Part shown: piece by piece, positions 42,078-50,895 of the stretch
How the letters are laid out: the number at the start of each line of letters is the position of its first letter
How positions within the stretch are numbered: the stretch's first letter is position 1
From: Pelagomonas calceolata
Lineage: Eukaryota
Direction of reading: 5' to 3'
Length of the DNA: 64,000 bases
Assembly: GCA_918797485.1 (NCBI GenBank)
Contig: CAKKNE010000006.1
Location: forward strand, 558,001 to 622,000
Program-made: the position numbers and the translations under genes
Notes under the pieces: generated by a model
What the model was told of the DNA's origin: nothing
What the model saw: the letters and a program-made list of their open reading frames with translations, nothing else
Database searches by the model: none

Positions 42078-43811
42078 TCAGTAGTCCCCCTCGTCGTCCC
42101 GCCCACGACCGAAGCCCTGGGCGCGAGGGCTCTGGCGGAAGGCCGCGCGTCCCGGACGCGTCGGCGCCGGCGCCGCGTCCTTGTTCCCCCAGGGCCGGAA
42201 GAACCGGAGCATCTTCTCCGCGCCGCCGCTGCGGGCCTTCCGCCGCCGGTACTCCGCCTCGGCGGCGGCATCCACATTCCTAAACAGCTGCGGGTTCGTG
42301 CCGAGCTGTTCCACGGAGTCGTCCGAGTCGACGGCGGCGGGCGTTCGCGCGCGGTTCGAGCTCCGCCGGCGCTCGGCGCTCCGCGTCTGCTCGGACGGAC
42401 GCGGCGCCGGCTTGGACTGCCAGGGCCAGCGATGCTTCTTCGGCGCCTTGCCGCTGCTGCCGCGCCGCGCCCGGGCCGGGTCCATGTCGTACTCGCCGTC
42501 CGAGTCGGGTTCGATTGGTGAAGAAGGCGCCGCGCCGCCGCCGCGACGAGGCGCCGAGGACGCGCTCCCGATCGTCACTTGCGAGTAGTCCCGCTGGGCA
42601 TAGCGCCGCGTCCTATCATCCTCCGCCGCGTGGCGGCCGAGCGGCGCCGACTGGCGGCCGAGCGGAGCAGATTGGCGGCCGAGGGGCACCGCCTGGCGCC
42701 CCGGTTGTACGCGGCCCACGGGCTCGTCGTCCGAGTCCGAACCCCACTGAGGCTCGGGCGGCGCCGGCGGCCGCGTCGCTCGGTAGTCGCGCACGTGCGA
42801 CGCGCGCTCGGCGGGCATGTCGTCGTCGCGCGGGCGGTACGACGGCTCCATGTCGTCGCGGCGCAGCGGCGGCGCCTTGCTCCGGCCGAAGAGCCCTGAT
42901 TTTTTCGCGGGCGGCGGCGGCGTCGCGTCGGAGTCGTCCTCGTAGTCCTCGTCCGACGACTGCGGCCGCTTCTCCTCGGCGGGAGGCTTCGCAGCCGGCC
43001 GCCGGAAGAGGTTCAGAGGGCCGCCCTTGCGCCGCGCTTTTGACCTTTGCTCGCGCGCGTCCTCGGCCGCGTCGACCGATTGCAACCGCTGCTGCTCCGC
43101 GCGGCGGTCCCGGACGTGCGACGCGCGCTCGACGGGAAAGTCGTCGGTCTGCGGTCGATAGGCGGGCTCCTCGCCTCGCCGCCGCGGCTTCTCCTCGCGG
43201 CGGCGCCGCGGCGGCCGCTCCGGCTCGTCCCAGTAGCTGTCGACCTTGGCCATGGCGTTGACCGATGCCACGGGCGGCGCGACGCGCTCGGGCGACGGGC
43301 TCCGCGGCCGCGGCGCGCGGCTCCGGAGCTGCGTGAGGCGCCGCTGCGCCGCCGCGGAGCGCTTGTGGAGGGCGTCGACCTCGCCCGGGACGACCGTCTT
43401 CGGCGCGTTCACGCTCCGCAGCCGCGCGCGGTCGGCCTCGAGCGCGCTGCGGGCCGCGGCCATCTTGGACGAGTCCGGCGCCTTCGGTCGCGCGGCGCGC
43501 GCCTCGAACCAGTTTCGCCGCGCGGTCTGGACGTCCTCGCCCCTCGACGCCGCCGTCGCGATGGCGCGGCCGAGCTGCGCGAGCTCGGCGTCCGTCAAAT
43601 CATCCGTGTCGTAGGACCCCGCGCGCTGCACGGGTCTTGGTGCTAATCTAGCTTCGTCGTAAACGTCGATGTCCACCGCGGGCGCGGCGGGCGCGGCAGA
43701 ATTTTCCGTGGGCGTGTCTCCCCAGTAGGAGAAGACTTTTTCCTCCTCGGCGGGCGCCGGCGCGGGCGCCGGGCCCGGCCAGAGCGAGGCTAAGAGGCTG
43801 TCCATGGCCAT
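42078..43811 (-). CDS. Hypothetical low-complexity, disordered protein with internal repeats
   Basis: 577-aa ATG ORF; duplicated EPxYRPxxDDxPxERASHVRD and tandem PLGRQSA repeats. Confidence 0.65.
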   Translation of the reverse strand: MAMDSLLASLWPGPAPAPAPAEEEKVFSYWGDTPTENSAAPAAPAVDIDVYDEARLAPRPVQRAGSYDTDDLTDAELAQLGRAIATAASRGEDVQTARRNWFEARAARPKAPDSSKMAAARSALEADRARLRSVNAPKTVVPGEVDALHKRSAAAQRRLTQLRSRAPRPRSPSPERVAPPVASVNAMAKVDSYWDEPERPPRRRREEKPRRRGEEPAYRPQTDDFPVERASHVRDRRAEQQRLQSVDAAEDAREQRSKARRKGGPLNLFRRPAAKPPAEEKRPQSSDEDYEDDSDATPPPPAKKSGLFGRSKAPPLRRDDMEPSYRPRDDDMPAERASHVRDYRATRPPAPPEPQWGSDSDDEPVGRVQPGRQAVPLGRQSAPLGRQSAPLGRHAAEDDRTRRYAQRDYSQVTIGSASSAPRRGGGAAPSSPIEPDSDGEYDMDPARARRGSSGKAPKKHRWPWQSKPAPRPSEQTRSAERRRSSNRARTPAAVDSDDSVEQLGTNPQLFRNVDAAAEAEYRRRKARSGGAEKMLRFFRPWGNKDAAPAPTRPGRAAFRQSPRAQGFGRGRDDEGDY

Positions 43812-44042
43812 AAACGTCGGCTTAAGACGCTGTCGAGCTAGAGTATAACAAGGACTGAGGCTCGATTGGCTGTGTCAGCCACAAACGCTCTCTGTGCCAA
43901 CCAAAGTCTGTGAGGGCTCAGGAAGCGACAGCACTATCCGAGCGTGGTCCCAGGCGATCAATGGCAGCCCAGAGCAATTCAGTAAGTCAGCAAAGAAGTT
44001 GCCAGCGGCACAGCGCTCGGAGCCGAGCTGGGGGAAATTGAG

Positions 44043-44065
44043 CTAGCGGTCTGTAAAGACACTAG
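44043..44065. promoter_or_regulatory. CTAG-bounded conserved upstream element (copy 8), divergent promoter
   Basis: CTAGCGGTCTGTAAAGACACTAG between 43811(-) and 44375(+). Confidence 0.65.
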
Positions 44066-44374
44066 CAAGCAAACACGGAACGCGAATGCAGCCGTTTGTG
44101 TATCGTTCGGTTCGCTAATGGTTCAAAGAGATCAATGGGACACGTACTGGGGGCCGAAAAAATATTTTTTTTAATTCGCGGGCGACGATGGCGCCATGGC
44201 CCATGGCGGCGCGCCGGCTGAATCCTGTCAATCCCGGCCATTGCAGTTTTTGCTTATGGAGAATCAGACTCAAAGTTCCGGCGTGCCCGCGTTGAACAGA
44301 AGACTGAACTGCGGGACGATGCAATTAAACCGAAAGGTGACGAGCTTTTCTCATTCGCCCAGCTCTATCACTTC

Positions 44375-44881
44375 ATGTACGACAACTACGAGCCGCAGTA
44401 CTGGTGGTTCGAGTGCTTCGACTACCTGCGTCGGCTGGCGCTCACCGGCTTGATGGTCATCGTTCTCCCGGGCTCTGCGCTCCAGGGCTTCATCGGCGTG
44501 CTCATAGCTCTCGGCGGGCTGCTGTCGTACAACACGTTCCAGCCCTTCGTCGAGGACGCGTCGGATCACCTGGCGATGGCTGCGCAGCTCTCGACCTTCT
44601 TTGTCTTTCTGTCGGCGCTGATGATCCAGGTCAACGCCGTTTATCATCGCAAGGGGTTTGGGGCGTTGCTCACGGTCGTCACGTTCGTGCCACCTTTTAT
44701 ATCTCTCTGCGGTGCGTTTTACTCGTTCTACGGCGCGATGAAAGATGCACCGGAGCCCGATTCCTCGAAGGCGGCGAAGGAAAGCGCGGCGGATCCCGAG
44801 TCGTCACCTACATCTCCTCTTGCGCGGGGCGCGCCGCCGCAGGAAGATGAGGAGGCGCCCGCGGCGCCCGCCAAGGACTGA
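44375..44881 (+). CDS. C-terminal multi-TM module (TRP-like, 'Y.P.YWWFE..D.LRR') typical of large surface proteins; likely truncated
   Basis: YDNYEPQYWWFECFDYLRRLALTG, QPFVED, 4 TM helices. Confidence 0.55.
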   Translation: MYDNYEPQYWWFECFDYLRRLALTGLMVIVLPGSALQGFIGVLIALGGLLSYNTFQPFVEDASDHLAMAAQLSTFFVFLSALMIQVNAVYHRKGFGALLTVVTFVPPFISLCGAFYSFYGAMKDAPEPDSSKAAKESAADPESSPTSPLARGAPPQEDEEAPAAPAKD

Positions 44882-45103
44882 TCTGCTTAGGGCCGCGGAC
44901 CTCACGCTCGCGTGCCCACGACGCCGCGCCTCTCAGGCGGGCGGCGTCTCTGTACACAACTCCATCGACGAACGCCGCGGACGAATGGCATCGCCCCCGG
45001 GCAATCGACGACGAGCCCGGCTTCCCCGATGAGTAATATACCTCTCATCTTCTAGCGTCGAATCTCAGGGTACGCCATCGCCGCGACTTATTAAAACATA
45101 ATA

Positions 45104-46036
45104 TTAATCAGCCTTCCCGGCAAGCACCTTCGTCGTCGAAAAGACGGCCCCGTCGAGCAAAGACGCCAGCGCGACGCACCCCCCGACGACCGCGCACAGC
45201 GACACCAAAAACTCCAGTATGGACGTCCGCTCCTTCTTGACCTGCACCATGACGGGGAAGAAGTCGTAGAAGAAGACGATGCCCGGGACCGCTGTACTGT
45301 CTGTCTGTAACTGTTTTGCAGAAACATAAGACTCGGCGAGCGAGTACTGGTTCGCGACTTGCGGGAACCAGCCGTCGTCGAGGACCGTCGGGATGACCTT
45401 CAGCGCGTAGCGCGCCTGGCCGTCGAGGTCGGGCGAGACTAACCCATCTAAGGGCGCGTTTTTTGTTACTGATGATCGGCTCCCGAACCTGAAGACATGC
45501 ACTTTATGCGTCATGTTCTTTGATGGTCCGGCATTCGTCGCTTGCCGCAGAAAGGACTGGACCATGATCACGTTCGGCTTGGCCGGGGCCGCCGCCGCTG
45601 TGAGCCCAACGGAGAAGTGGGCGCTCACTTTCCCCACCCGTAGCTTGCCGTCCAAGGTGCAGCCTTCACTGGTGGAAGCGTCGCTCCACCCATACAGCTC
45701 CTTCGCATGCGGTTCCCGGAAGTTTATTCGATCGACCGCGTCCCGCAGACCTCGGGCGGCCTCTATGGATAATTCGAGGTCGTCGCACTTCACGTGCGCG
45801 AACGTTGCAGATAATTCAATGGGGAGTCGGTCGGGGACATGAAAAGGACGGCTGCCGATGGACGCGTCGCCGTCGTCCACTCCGAGGTGATGTATTGAAT
45901 TTGGGTAGAAGTACGACGACAGCTCACCGGTTAATAGTGATAATATAAGTAATACGCAGCCGCCCGTAATCAGAGCGCCGGAGACCGTGCGCTCCTGGAC
46001 GCCCTCGACCGCCCGCGCGAGGGGGTGGCTGGACAT
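45104..46036 (-). CDS. ERGIC/Erv41-Erv46 COPII vesicle protein
   Basis: RTVSGALIT, EGCTLDGKLRVGKVSAHF, NMTHKVHVFRFG, PGIVFFYDFFP, FLVSLCAVVGG, C-terminal GKAD. Confidence 0.88.
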   Translation of the reverse strand: MSSHPLARAVEGVQERTVSGALITGGCVLLILSLLTGELSSYFYPNSIHHLGVDDGDASIGSRPFHVPDRLPIELSATFAHVKCDDLELSIEAARGLRDAVDRINFREPHAKELYGWSDASTSEGCTLDGKLRVGKVSAHFSVGLTAAAAPAKPNVIMVQSFLRQATNAGPSKNMTHKVHVFRFGSRSSVTKNAPLDGLVSPDLDGQARYALKVIPTVLDDGWFPQVANQYSLAESYVSAKQLQTDSTAVPGIVFFYDFFPVMVQVKKERTSILEFLVSLCAVVGGCVALASLLDGAVFSTTKVLAGKAD

Positions 46037-46170
46037 GACTGCCTAGCCTGTGGCAGGCAGGGATTGTCACGGCTCGCAGCGGCGTCGTGTGCGGCTCTCA
46101 ATACGTGCAAAACCGTTGCACAAAGCTGCCACAGTGCCTGATTTCGAGCTGCGCCGGCGCCTGCGGATGC

Positions 46171-46191
46171 CTAGTGTCTTACAAGCGCTAG
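46171..46191. promoter_or_regulatory. CTAG-bounded conserved upstream element (copy 9), divergent promoter
   Basis: CTAGTGTCTTACAAGCGCTAG between 46036(-) and 46393(+). Confidence 0.65.
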
Positions 46192-46392
46192 GTTAATGAT
46201 CCAGGAGCTTTTTTTGCGCGCAGCCCTCGGCTCGGGAGCTATCTGCTATCTCCCGTTTAATCTACACGAGTACGTACTTCGTTCATTCCGCCCTGCAATC
46301 GGCACGAGCGCTTCACGCCCGCGTTCCACACAACTTTTGACCTTGTAAAGTTACTCAGGGTCCGAGTCAGGGAGTTACAACAAAATAACCTG

Positions 46393-46728
46393 ATGTCGGC
46401 GCACGTCTGCGGCGGCTTCACGGAGGAGCGGCCACTCGACGAGGAGGCCGCGGGCGTCCTGGAGTCGTGCCGCGCCGAGATCGAGGAGAAGGTCGGCGCC
46501 GGTTACGTCGCGGACATCGTGAAGACGCAGGTCGTCGCCGGGATGAATTTCTCGTACCGCGGCAAGCTCGCGAACGGCAAGCACGCGAGCGTCAAGATCT
46601 TCCGCCCGCTCCCCCACACGAACCAGCCGCCGCGCGTCACCAACGTCCTCGTCGCGTCCGTCGAGGGCGACACGATGACGGTCGAGAAGATGTGGGACGA
46701 GGCCGTCCAGGGCGCCGCCGCGGAGTGA
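46393..46728 (+). CDS. Type 1 cystatin (stefin-like) cysteine protease inhibitor
   Basis: N-terminal CGG, TQVVAGMNF, KIFRPLPH; no signal peptide. Confidence 0.85.
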   Translation: MSAHVCGGFTEERPLDEEAAGVLESCRAEIEEKVGAGYVADIVKTQVVAGMNFSYRGKLANGKHASVKIFRPLPHTNQPPRVTNVLVASVEGDTMTVEKMWDEAVQGAAAE

Positions 46729-46747
46729 GTAACACAAACGATACACA

Positions 46748-47779
46748 TTACAACTCGAGGTCCACCCCGATCAACGCCCGCCGCCGCCGCAACTCCTCCA
46801 CGAGCGGCTCGAGCGACTTGACCGTCGCTTCGACAACTCGCGCGTGGCCCGCGAGCATGGCGTCCTCGCCGTCGCTCCGCATGTCGCGGATGCTGCTGCG
46901 GTAGTCGTCGTCGTAGACACTGCGCGACAGGGCACGCTGTACCGGCGAGTTCATAAAAAATTCCGCGGCCTCGTCCCAGCCACTAAAGCGGAGGCGGTCG
47001 CGCGTCAGCACCAGGTCCTCAGGGGCGTTCACGGGGCCCTCGAACCAGAACGAGACGCAGAGTCTTGGAGAGGCGCCGCGCCACCTCTCTACCGAATGGA
47101 GGACGCGGTCCGACTTGAAGAGGACAAGGCGGTTCATGAGCGGCCGGAACCGCGCGCGGCGCCGCAGAAAAGGCGCCAGGCACAACGCGCCGCCGTCTTG
47201 ATCCGAGACCGCCGCACCGTCAGCCCGGCCCAGATACAGCACGGCGGTCACGCTCCGCTTCGACGGCGGCCCGGCGTTGTCGTAGTGGCAGGCAAACGCG
47301 CCGCTAGTGTTGCGCTGAATCTTGATGGCCGCGTCGCCGTCGAAGACTCCGCAAGAAACAGCGAGGGCCGGCACCAGCGCCTCGGCGACGCCGCGCAGGT
47401 CATTCGCAAGAGAGGTCGCACACGTGCCTTCGGCGAGGTCGACCTCCGCGACGCCGGGCTTCGCATACGTCTGGCCATCGTACACAAAGGTATGCTGCTT
47501 AAACGTCTCTTGGGCCGCGGCGTCGCGGATGCGCGCCGCTACACTAGGTAGGAGCGCGTCGTCTAGGACGGCCCAGCCCTTGGCGCCCGATACGGAGGCG
47601 CCGGCGCCGCGCGCGCGTCGACCGAACGCGTCGTCGACGAGCGCATCGGCGTCATCATCATCAGACGCGTCGGCGACGTCTGCGAGAGCGCCTCCCAAGC
47701 CTAATAGGTCGTCGAGCGCTCCTGCTTCGGAGTCGTCGTCGGCGGCGTCGACCAGTGCCGTTTCGCAGAGAGTAGCCAT
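46748..47779 (-). CDS. 2OG-Fe(II) oxygenase (EGLN/SM-20-like)
   Basis: FACHYDN, VTAVLYL, DGGALCL, NRLVLFKSDRVLHSV, RLCVSFWF. Confidence 0.85.
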   Translation of the reverse strand: MATLCETALVDAADDDSEAGALDDLLGLGGALADVADASDDDDADALVDDAFGRRARGAGASVSGAKGWAVLDDALLPSVAARIRDAAAQETFKQHTFVYDGQTYAKPGVAEVDLAEGTCATSLANDLRGVAEALVPALAVSCGVFDGDAAIKIQRNTSGAFACHYDNAGPPSKRSVTAVLYLGRADGAAVSDQDGGALCLAPFLRRRARFRPLMNRLVLFKSDRVLHSVERWRGASPRLCVSFWFEGPVNAPEDLVLTRDRLRFSGWDEAAEFFMNSPVQRALSRSVYDDDYRSSIRDMRSDGEDAMLAGHARVVEATVKSLEPLVEELRRRRALIGVDLEL

Positions 47780-47971
47780 GTATGCCTTGCGATCGCTGCT
47801 GCAGTTTGCAGCCCTGAGAGCAGGCAATACAAGTTTTGCTGCTCGCTTTCGAGGTTGCGTTTGGTGTAAGCAGGAGCCGCAGAGATCAAAAGTATTGCAG
47901 AAAGTGGTGTGTGTGGCCCGTATGCAGCGTATTTCGAGCTGTACGGCTCGTCAGCCGAGCTTGCTTGCTTG

Positions 47972-47993
47972 CTAGTGTCTTACATGCCGCTAG
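47972..47993. promoter_or_regulatory. CTAG-bounded conserved upstream element (copy 10)
   Basis: CTAGTGTCTTACATGCCGCTAG, about 190 bp upstream of ATG 47779(-). Confidence 0.65.
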
Positions 47994-48029
47994 TAATTAC
48001 CTGGGGGCATAAGTGACTCTCTCTCTCTA

Positions 48030-49322
48030 TTACCCAACCCCTAGCCTCCCATACGTCTCGAGCCCGATGATCGCCGTCGCGAAACCAGCGATCGCGCCGA
48101 GACTCGCGCGCCCACCGGGGACCGCCTCCGGCACCGCCTCGTCGGCGTCAAGCGCCGCGGCGCCGTAGCGCGAGCCCCACGCCATCAGCGCCGGGACGAC
48201 TCCAAACAACACAAGGATACCGTACACGCCGGCGAGGTCGACGGCGGCGAAAAAGAGCGACGGGTTGCCGAAAACAGCAGCTATCGCCGCGGGCGGTGCC
48301 AACGCGGCGGCCCAGAGGTACGGTGGGCGGTTGTCACCTTCTAGCCCTTCCAGATCACCGAAAAAATCCACCAACCCTGTGGCGAAGCCCAGCAAAGACG
48401 TTCCGACAGCAAGAAGGCTAAAGTACAAAATGGCGGTGCCGAAGTCGTCGCCCGACGCCCGCGCGAGGGCCATCGGATCAATCGACTCGCCGGCCACATA
48501 CGGCGTCGAACCGAGGACCACCACCGACCACGCCAGGAACATGCATAGTGGAATCGTCAATCCCACGAGAACGGCCCGCCGCACCGCTCCCAGGTCGCAC
48601 TGGAGGCGATAGCATAGTGTCGGCACGACCGTCTGGTACACATAAACAACGGGAATCACAGGGAGAGCTGGAGCGATGGCGGACCAGTCCGCGCGCGTAA
48701 GCAACTCGGGATCGACGCGTGAGATGCCACCGGCGACGATGTAGCAGAACGAGGCGACGACGCCCGCGGTAAGCACCGTGTTGAGGCGTTCCACCGTCGC
48801 CGGCGGGAGCAATGCGGCAGGCGCGCCTATCGAGGCGGCGAACGCGGGCGCCGCCGCCAGCGTATCCGTACCACCAAGTGCCTCGCCGAGGAGTTGACCC
48901 CCTTGCACGACATATGCCGTGAGCAGGCAGTAGTGCAGAAACAAAAACACGGCCGACGCCGCCGTCGCGCCCGCGTCACCCAACGTCTCCTCGGCCATCG
49001 AATTAATGGACACCGCGTCCCGATCGAGCACACACGCAGTGTTCAGATCAACCTCCGCGATGAGCAAGCCGGTGGCAGCCATAAATAACCAGCCGCCGAT
49101 CAACAGAGTCGCGGTCGGAGCCAGGCCCGCGGCCAGCGTCTTCGCCGGTAAGGCGAGGATGCCCGCGCCAACAGTCGTGCCGGCCACGAGGGCGGCGCTG
49201 CCGAGCACTGTTCCGGGTGCTTCGTCTGGCACGGCCCGGAGCCTCGACCGCGAGAGCTGTCGCGGCGGCGGCCTGAAGAGCTGTGATGGCTGCAGCAGCA
49301 GCGCGAGCAAAATGAGCCTCAT
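48030..49322 (-). CDS. tyrP: Aromatic amino acid permease (TyrP/HAAAP family), probably plastid-targeted
   Basis: GSAALVAGTTVGAGILALP, TGLLIAEV, LHYCLLTAY; signal + transit-like leader. Confidence 0.85.
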   Translation of the reverse strand: MRLILLALLLQPSQLFRPPPRQLSRSRLRAVPDEAPGTVLGSAALVAGTTVGAGILALPAKTLAAGLAPTATLLIGGWLFMAATGLLIAEVDLNTACVLDRDAVSINSMAEETLGDAGATAASAVFLFLHYCLLTAYVVQGGQLLGEALGGTDTLAAAPAFAASIGAPAALLPPATVERLNTVLTAGVVASFCYIVAGGISRVDPELLTRADWSAIAPALPVIPVVYVYQTVVPTLCYRLQCDLGAVRRAVLVGLTIPLCMFLAWSVVVLGSTPYVAGESIDPMALARASGDDFGTAILYFSLLAVGTSLLGFATGLVDFFGDLEGLEGDNRPPYLWAAALAPPAAIAAVFGNPSLFFAAVDLAGVYGILVLFGVVPALMAWGSRYGAAALDADEAVPEAVPGGRASLGAIAGFATAIIGLETYGRLGVG

Positions 49323-49546
49323 CCTTCGGTGCTACGGCAACATGTGGTCAGAAATGTATCGCAGGAACGCCGTACCGCTCGACAGGCGCACTAGGTGGGC
49401 GCACCGAGCTGCCAGATTGACATGCTCTCTTTTGGCAAAAACAGCTCTCTGTGGTTATTGATTGCAAGCGCTCTCGGGGCCAAGCGGTCAACGGGGCTAT
49501 CAAGCAGTCTCATTGATCTATCTTCGACCGCCCCGCAGCAAAGAGC

Positions 49547-50853
49547 ATGCGCGCGATGGGTCATCAATTGCTGCTGGCAAGCTGTCTCCTCTCCATCACC
49601 ACGCACGCGCTCCAGTCTCCCGCGCGGACGTGGCACGACATCAAGTGGACGCCCACGAGCATGCGCTACTACGCCACGCGCCCGCCCAAGGACCTGCCCG
49701 CCAATAATCAGACGACCTTCGTCGCATGCGTCCGACACTTCCTCGTCAAGCGCCGGCGCGCGCTCCTCTACGTGGCGTATTTCGCCCTGGGCGTCGCGCC
49801 GGCGAAGGCCGTGCACCACGACAAGTGGACGGCGCTGCGCCAAAAGCCGGCTGACCTCGGCGGCATTCGGACGAGACGGCGGCGCGCCCAGGCGATCTCG
49901 CAATTCGCCGGAATTGGCTACTCGCCGCGCGTCGTGGCGCTCGCGGGCTTAATGCTCCGGGCGCTGGTCAAGTGTTTTAGGGCACCTCTCGAGCCGTCGA
50001 TCGGCTTCGGGGTGGGCACGAAGCTCGCGGCTCGGTACGCCCATCGGGAATGGCTGCCGTGCCTCGTGCTTGGGTGGTATGCGGGCGGGCCCCTGTGGGA
50101 CGCTGTGCGGAAATCAAAATTTTACGGCGCGTTCGTGCTGAATCGCCGCGTCGTCCTCCACGCCATCGACGCGACGCCTGCTCGATGGCGTGGCGATGCC
50201 GGTTCCTCGCCGCTCGACCGAGCCAGGACGGCCGCGTCATCGCCTAGAAATGACTTCGTGATGAATTGTCGGGTGCCCGACTCACTGGTTGATTTCCACA
50301 CAGGTGGGACGTCCTGGACGTGAAGCCGCCGGCCTGGAACAAGGGCGTCCCCATCGTCGTGAATCGCGTGCGTCCCGGCTGGAAGTGGCCAACAAGGGGC
50401 GGTGCCCTGATACAGCCCGGCGTCTGGGAGCAAGGCGCGCCGCGCGAGTCGAACGCGAAGCTGCTCTTGGATCTGCGGGCGGAGATGCCGGGCGAGAGGG
50501 CGGCGGAACAGCGGCTGCTGACTTTGTTCTATGCCACACGAAGAATAGTCGATGCGGCCGGCCGCGCATTGCCGCAGGGGCAGGCCGTCGACGCGTGTCT
50601 ATACAACGAACCGTTTGACCGCGGCGACGCCATCGGCGCGGGAGTACCTTGCCTCCTCGAAGCGGATGGCGCGCTCGTCGTCGCCAAGGATCGAACGCCG
50701 TGGGAGTTGAGCACGTTCGAGCCCGCGACTGATTTCGAGACGCTCGAGAAGGCCCTGGCGTCGGCGGAGGCGGTAGCCATCCCGCCAGACGCACGGCTCT
50801 GGGCATTCGCGCTGACCGGCGCGACGAGTGACGAAGAGAACGATTCCTTCTAA
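49547..50853 (+). CDS. Hypothetical signal-peptide-bearing membrane protein; 2 exons (intron 50095-50303)
   Basis: A 209-nt intron joins ORF 49547 to ORF 50320 in frame (GGPL|WDVLDVKPPAW). Confidence 0.75.
50095..50311 (+). mobile_element. Intact introner element: 8-bp TSD + 201-bp non-autonomous TIR element
   Basis: TSD GTGGGACG at 50095-50102 and 50304-50311. TIR CTGTGCGGAAATCAA (50103-50117) / TTGATTTCCACACAG (50289-50303), 14/15 match. Confidence 0.93.
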
Positions 50854-50895
50854 GTCTAGTATGTATCAACTTAATGGGGAACGGGCGGAACTCTA

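Noticed and set aside
5921..47993. Repeated 22-bp element as a CRISPR array or MITE
   Set aside because: Copies are dispersed singly, with no spacers, no cas genes and no shared flanks or TSDs.
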